NCBI GenBank assembly: GCA_002327335.1 | Contig: DCVH01000032.1 | Coordinates: 1 to 35,775 of the forward strand | DNA length: 35,775 bases | Reading direction: 5' to 3' | From: Patescibacteria group bacterium UBA2193 | Lineage (GTDB): Bacteria > Patescibacteriota > Minisyncoccia > Moranbacterales > DUUL01 | Shown: positions 32,859 through 35,775 of the stretch, in pieces | Position numbering within the stretch: position 1 is the first letter of the stretch | Layout: the number at the start of each line of letters is the position of its first letter | Made by a program: the position numbers and the translations under genes | The notes under the pieces: model-generated | Told to the model about the DNA's origin: nothing | Seen by the model: only the letters and a program-made list of their open reading frames with translations | The model's database searches: none

Positions 32859-32966
32859 GCGGTCTGATGAGAATCATCGACCGCTTTTTTCTATCTCAAG
32901 TACCTGGTTTTCTGTCGAATGGATTCCTGCCGGAGTTTATGCTCGCGAAGGCGGGTACAGGAATGA
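32859..32966. repeat. Composite element: terminator hairpin (family H, copy 4), conserved spacer and a long REP-like palindrome
   Basis: GCGGUC-U-GAUGA / UCAUC-GACCGC plus U6 is followed by the conserved 51-nt spacer. It ends in GGATTCCTGCC...GGGTACAGGAATGAC (32921-32966). It sits between convergent genes. Confidence 0.7.
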
Positions 32967-33006
32967 CAAACAAAATATTCAGGACAACAAGATAGTAAAA
33001 TTGGAT

Positions 33007-35118
33007 TTATTCTTTATTCACATTCTTCATCGTTAAGCTGATTTTTCCTTGGGGGTCAACTTCTTTGACTCTTACTGGAACGATTTGACCAACTTTCAAA
33101 TGATCGCTGACTTTTTCCACGCGTTTGTCGGAAATTTCAGAAATATGAATTAGTCCGTCTTGTCCTGGAAGAAGTTCGGTGAATGCTCCGAAGTCCATGA
33201 TTTTTACAATCTTTCCTTCGAAGATTTCGCCGGCCTTCACTTCTCGGGTGAGATTTTCTACCCAAGTTTTGGCTTCTTGACCGGATTTTTCATCTTTAGC
33301 GGTGATGAAAACGTGTCCGTCGTCTTCAATATCAATTTCGACACCGGTTGCATCAATAATTTCATTGATAACTTTTCCTCCTGGTCCGATGACATCTCGG
33401 ATTTTGTCAGGGTTGATGGTGATGATGATTATTCTTGGGGCATATTGAGAAAGTTCTTTTCTTGGAGCTTCAAGAGCCTCAGCGATTTTTCCAAGAATAA
33501 ATACTCGGTTGTCATAGGCTTGTGTGAAAACTTTTTCCACCATATCAGGCGTGATTCCGTCGATTTTCACGTCAAGTTGCATCGCGGTGATCCCGTCTTT
33601 GGTTCCGGCGATTTTGAAATCCATATCTCCCCAGTGATCTTCCGGTCCTTGAATATCGGAAAGCACTTTGTATTCTCCGTCTTTTCCGGTCACAATTCCC
33701 ATCGCAATCCCACTGACTGGTTTTTTGATTGGCACTCCGGCATCCATCAACGCAAGAGTTGATCCACAAGTTGATGCCATTGAAGAAGAACCGTTTGATC
33801 CAAGAATTTCACTCATCAATAAAATGGTATAAGGGAATTCTTCTTTGGAAGGAATCATCGGCGCAAGTGCTTTTTCTGCAAGTGCTCCATGCCCAATTTC
33901 TCTTCTTCCTGGTCCTCGCAAGAATCGAACTTCTCCAACACTGTAAGGAGGGAAATTATAGTAATGAATATATCGTTTTTTCTCGTCTGTTTCCATTGTG
34001 TCAACAATTTGTTCTGCTCCGGGAGCACCAAGAGTTGCCACGGTCAAAGCTTGAGTGTCGCCTCGAGTGAAAAGTCCAGATCCGTGAGTTCTTGGAAGAA
34101 GTCCGGTTTGACAGTCGATTGAACGAATTTCATCAAGTTTTCGTCCGTCTGGTCGCTCGTCTTTCTCAAGAATTCTTCGGTGAAGAACTTCGTTAAGATA
34201 ATTTTCGAAAACAAGATCAGCTTCTGCTTTTCTTTTGGCTAATTCTTCTTTGTCAGTAAATTTGTCTTCCAAATATTCTTTCATTTTTTCCTTGATGGCG
34301 TTCATTTTTTCTTCTTGTTCTTTCTTGGTCTTGGTATAAAACGCATCTTCAAGCCCTTCATTATCAAAGAAAGAAAGAATTCCTTTTTTAAAGGCTTCTT
34401 CCGGTTCAATGAAGTCGATTTGAGCTTTTTCTTTTCCGATTTCTTTGATGACTTTTTTCTCGAAAACATTGATTTCCTTGATGACATCAAAAGCTTTTTT
34501 GATTGCTTCGAACATTTCTGCATCTGGCAATTCTTTTGCTCCAGCCTCCATCATATTGATTCTTTCTTCGGTTCCAGAAACAAGCAAGTCAAGCTGTGAA
34601 TCAGGGTAAGAACTGATTGGAGGGTTCACAACAAAGCCTTCTGCTCCCTTGCCAATTCGAACTGCAGCCACTGGACCAGCCCATGGAATGTTTGAAATTC
34701 CAAGAGCAAGAGATGCGGCAATCAGAGCAATAATATCAGGAGCATTTTCGTGATCAATTGAAAGAACAGTGGTGATTACTTGAACTTCATTTCTCATTCT
34801 TTCATCAAAAAGAGGCCGAATTGTTCGGTCGATGAGACGAGATGTCAAAACGGCATCATCAGAAGGACGTCCTTCTCTTTTGATGAAACGGGATCCTTTG
34901 ATTTTTCCCGCAGCATAATATTTTTCCTCATAATCAACCATCAATGGGAAATAGTCGATCCCAGTGACTTTCCGACTGCTCATGGTGGCAGTTGCGAGCA
35001 CCATGGTGTCACCATAACGTACGGTTACAGAACCACCTGCTTGTTGAGCCAAAAGACCGGCTTCAACGATAAGCTGTTTTCCAGCAATTTCAGTGGAAAA
35101 CTTTTTTGCTTCTAGCAT
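33007..35118 (-). CDS. pnp: Polyribonucleotide nucleotidyltransferase (PNPase)
   Basis: 703 aa. Two RNase PH-like domains are present (GRPSDDAVLTSRLIDRTIRPLF; FLRGPGRREIGHGALAEKAL; GSNGSSSMASTCGSTLALMDAGVP). They are followed by KH (IRDVIGPGGKVINEI) and S1 (GEIFEGKIVKIMDFGAFTEL) domains. Confidence 0.95.
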   Translation of the reverse strand: MLEAKKFSTEIAGKQLIVEAGLLAQQAGGSVTVRYGDTMVLATATMSSRKVTGIDYFPLMVDYEEKYYAAGKIKGSRFIKREGRPSDDAVLTSRLIDRTIRPLFDERMRNEVQVITTVLSIDHENAPDIIALIAASLALGISNIPWAGPVAAVRIGKGAEGFVVNPPISSYPDSQLDLLVSGTEERINMMEAGAKELPDAEMFEAIKKAFDVIKEINVFEKKVIKEIGKEKAQIDFIEPEEAFKKGILSFFDNEGLEDAFYTKTKKEQEEKMNAIKEKMKEYLEDKFTDKEELAKRKAEADLVFENYLNEVLHRRILEKDERPDGRKLDEIRSIDCQTGLLPRTHGSGLFTRGDTQALTVATLGAPGAEQIVDTMETDEKKRYIHYYNFPPYSVGEVRFLRGPGRREIGHGALAEKALAPMIPSKEEFPYTILLMSEILGSNGSSSMASTCGSTLALMDAGVPIKKPVSGIAMGIVTGKDGEYKVLSDIQGPEDHWGDMDFKIAGTKDGITAMQLDVKIDGITPDMVEKVFTQAYDNRVFILGKIAEALEAPRKELSQYAPRIIIITINPDKIRDVIGPGGKVINEIIDATGVEIDIEDDGHVFITAKDEKSGQEAKTWVENLTREVKAGEIFEGKIVKIMDFGAFTELLPGQDGLIHISEISDKRVEKVSDHLKVGQIVPVRVKEVDPQGKISLTMKNVNKE

Positions 35119-35304
35119 TGTTTTTTGTTTTCCTGATCCGCAAACGATAAGACAAGTTGAAACCCTGTTTTATTAGGGATAACTTCGTCGTCTTAGATGT
35201 CTGCGGAACAAGAAATAATTAAATTGTTAAATTAGCATATTTAAAACCAATATACTCTAAAAAAGTTAGCATTTAGAAGCGTGATTGTCAATTTTAATTG
35301 CTGG

Positions 35305-35640
35305 CTATTTTTGCTTTTCTTGTTCTTCAAGCTGTTTGTAAATCCGGTAAAACTTTTTATCTCTAAGAGCAAAAGCCAACCCTTTATTTGTTGACTTCAG
35401 AACTTTTTTCATTTCCTGAAAGGAAACCGGGGTTTTCTCATCATCGATAAACCACTGTCCTCCTTTAAATTCGATTTTGACATCTTTATAGTCGGAGCGC
35501 CAGTCGTTTGGGTCTATTTTTTCATCAGATTCGAAGATCATCGGCTCCAAACTTAGTTCATTTTCCTTGAGTGGTCCAAATCCAGGCAAGTCTAATTGTT
35601 TATCATTCAAAGGAACTTTTCTTTTTGGGAATTCTGACAT
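35305..35640 (-). CDS. Hypothetical protein (111 aa)
   Basis: It occupies the position upstream of pnp where rpsO is often found, but it does not resemble S15. No motif was recognised. Confidence 0.55.
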   Translation of the reverse strand: MSEFPKRKVPLNDKQLDLPGFGPLKENELSLEPMIFESDEKIDPNDWRSDYKDVKIEFKGGQWFIDDEKTPVSFQEMKKVLKSTNKGLAFALRDKKFYRIYKQLEEQEKQK

Positions 35641-35775
35641 TTTTTTAGCTTATTAATATTATGCATCCATTTTAACATATTTTTGAAAAAATTAGCAATT
35701 AGTAGTTTAGGACTTGCGCGTTTCAAGCAATATGGTGCATTTCCCCCAAGAAACATTTTTTCTCCGGCCTTTCGT

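Noticed and set aside
30660-32966. The composite hairpin-plus-palindrome elements considered as integron attC sites and the island as a cassette array.
   Set aside because: No intI integrase or attI is present. The cassettes have their own regulators and promoters and lie in both orientations. The elements lack the R''/L''-L'/R' (GTTRRRY) organisation.
1-35775. An alternative genetic code (UGA or UAG reassignment, as in some CPR lineages), and a search for tRNA or rRNA genes.
   Set aside because: Long ORFs with intact family motifs terminate normally at TAA, TAG and TGA under code 11, and no in-frame stops interrupt conserved domains. No cloverleaf-compatible GTTCRANYC-containing segment or rRNA-like region was seen.

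Overview
This is an AT-rich bacterial window in standard genetic code, with compact operons. The gene content suggests an uncultivated CPR/Patescibacteria-like organism: many TrmB-type regulators, a type 2 IleRS, and arrays of ArnT/PMT-like membrane glycosyltransferases. That taxonomic call is inference only.

Layout:
- (1) 1-9000: a surface-glycosylation locus. It holds a partial metallophosphoesterase, four tandem paralogous GT-C membrane glycosyltransferases, and one GT2-GtrA fusion (a polyprenyl-phosphate sugar synthase type).
- (2) 9000-13800: lspA and a DksA/TraR zinc-finger gene on the minus strand, then a promoter, a T-box leader and ileS.
- (3) 13865-20708: a six-gene minus-strand signalling operon. 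It encodes a membrane histidine kinase (HK), a 7TM-PAS protein with no kinase domain, two paralogous 200-aa putative ligand-binding proteins, a soluble PAS HK, and a REC-REC regulator with no output domain. The two kinases share a 320-bp tract identical at 319 positions.
- (4) 20709-21340: a 630-bp gene-free spacer with GC-rich stems that look like structured RNA.
- (5) 22.7-32.9 kb: an accessory-looking island. Four paralogous TrmB-family regulators each sit beside a different small cassette: methyltransferase plus 78-aa ORF; an overlapping 134/104-aa pair; GHKL ATPase plus STAS-like protein; and a radical SAM/SPASM, short peptide and methyltransferase cluster. The cassettes are punctuated by related terminator hairpins and REP/MITE-like palindromes.
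- (6) 33007-35118: pnp, followed by one hypothetical gene.

Most notable observations:
- The ileS ORF carries an in-frame insertion of about 190 aa. It has all the catalytic signatures of a histidine phosphatase (PGAM-like) domain and sits inside the Zn-knuckle region of the synthetase.
- The radical SAM/SPASM cluster looks like a RiPP biosynthetic cluster.
- The TrmB-headed cassette island has an unusual repeated architecture.

No rRNA, tRNA, CRISPR array or transposase gene was seen. All functional calls come from motif recognition by eye; no database search was possible.
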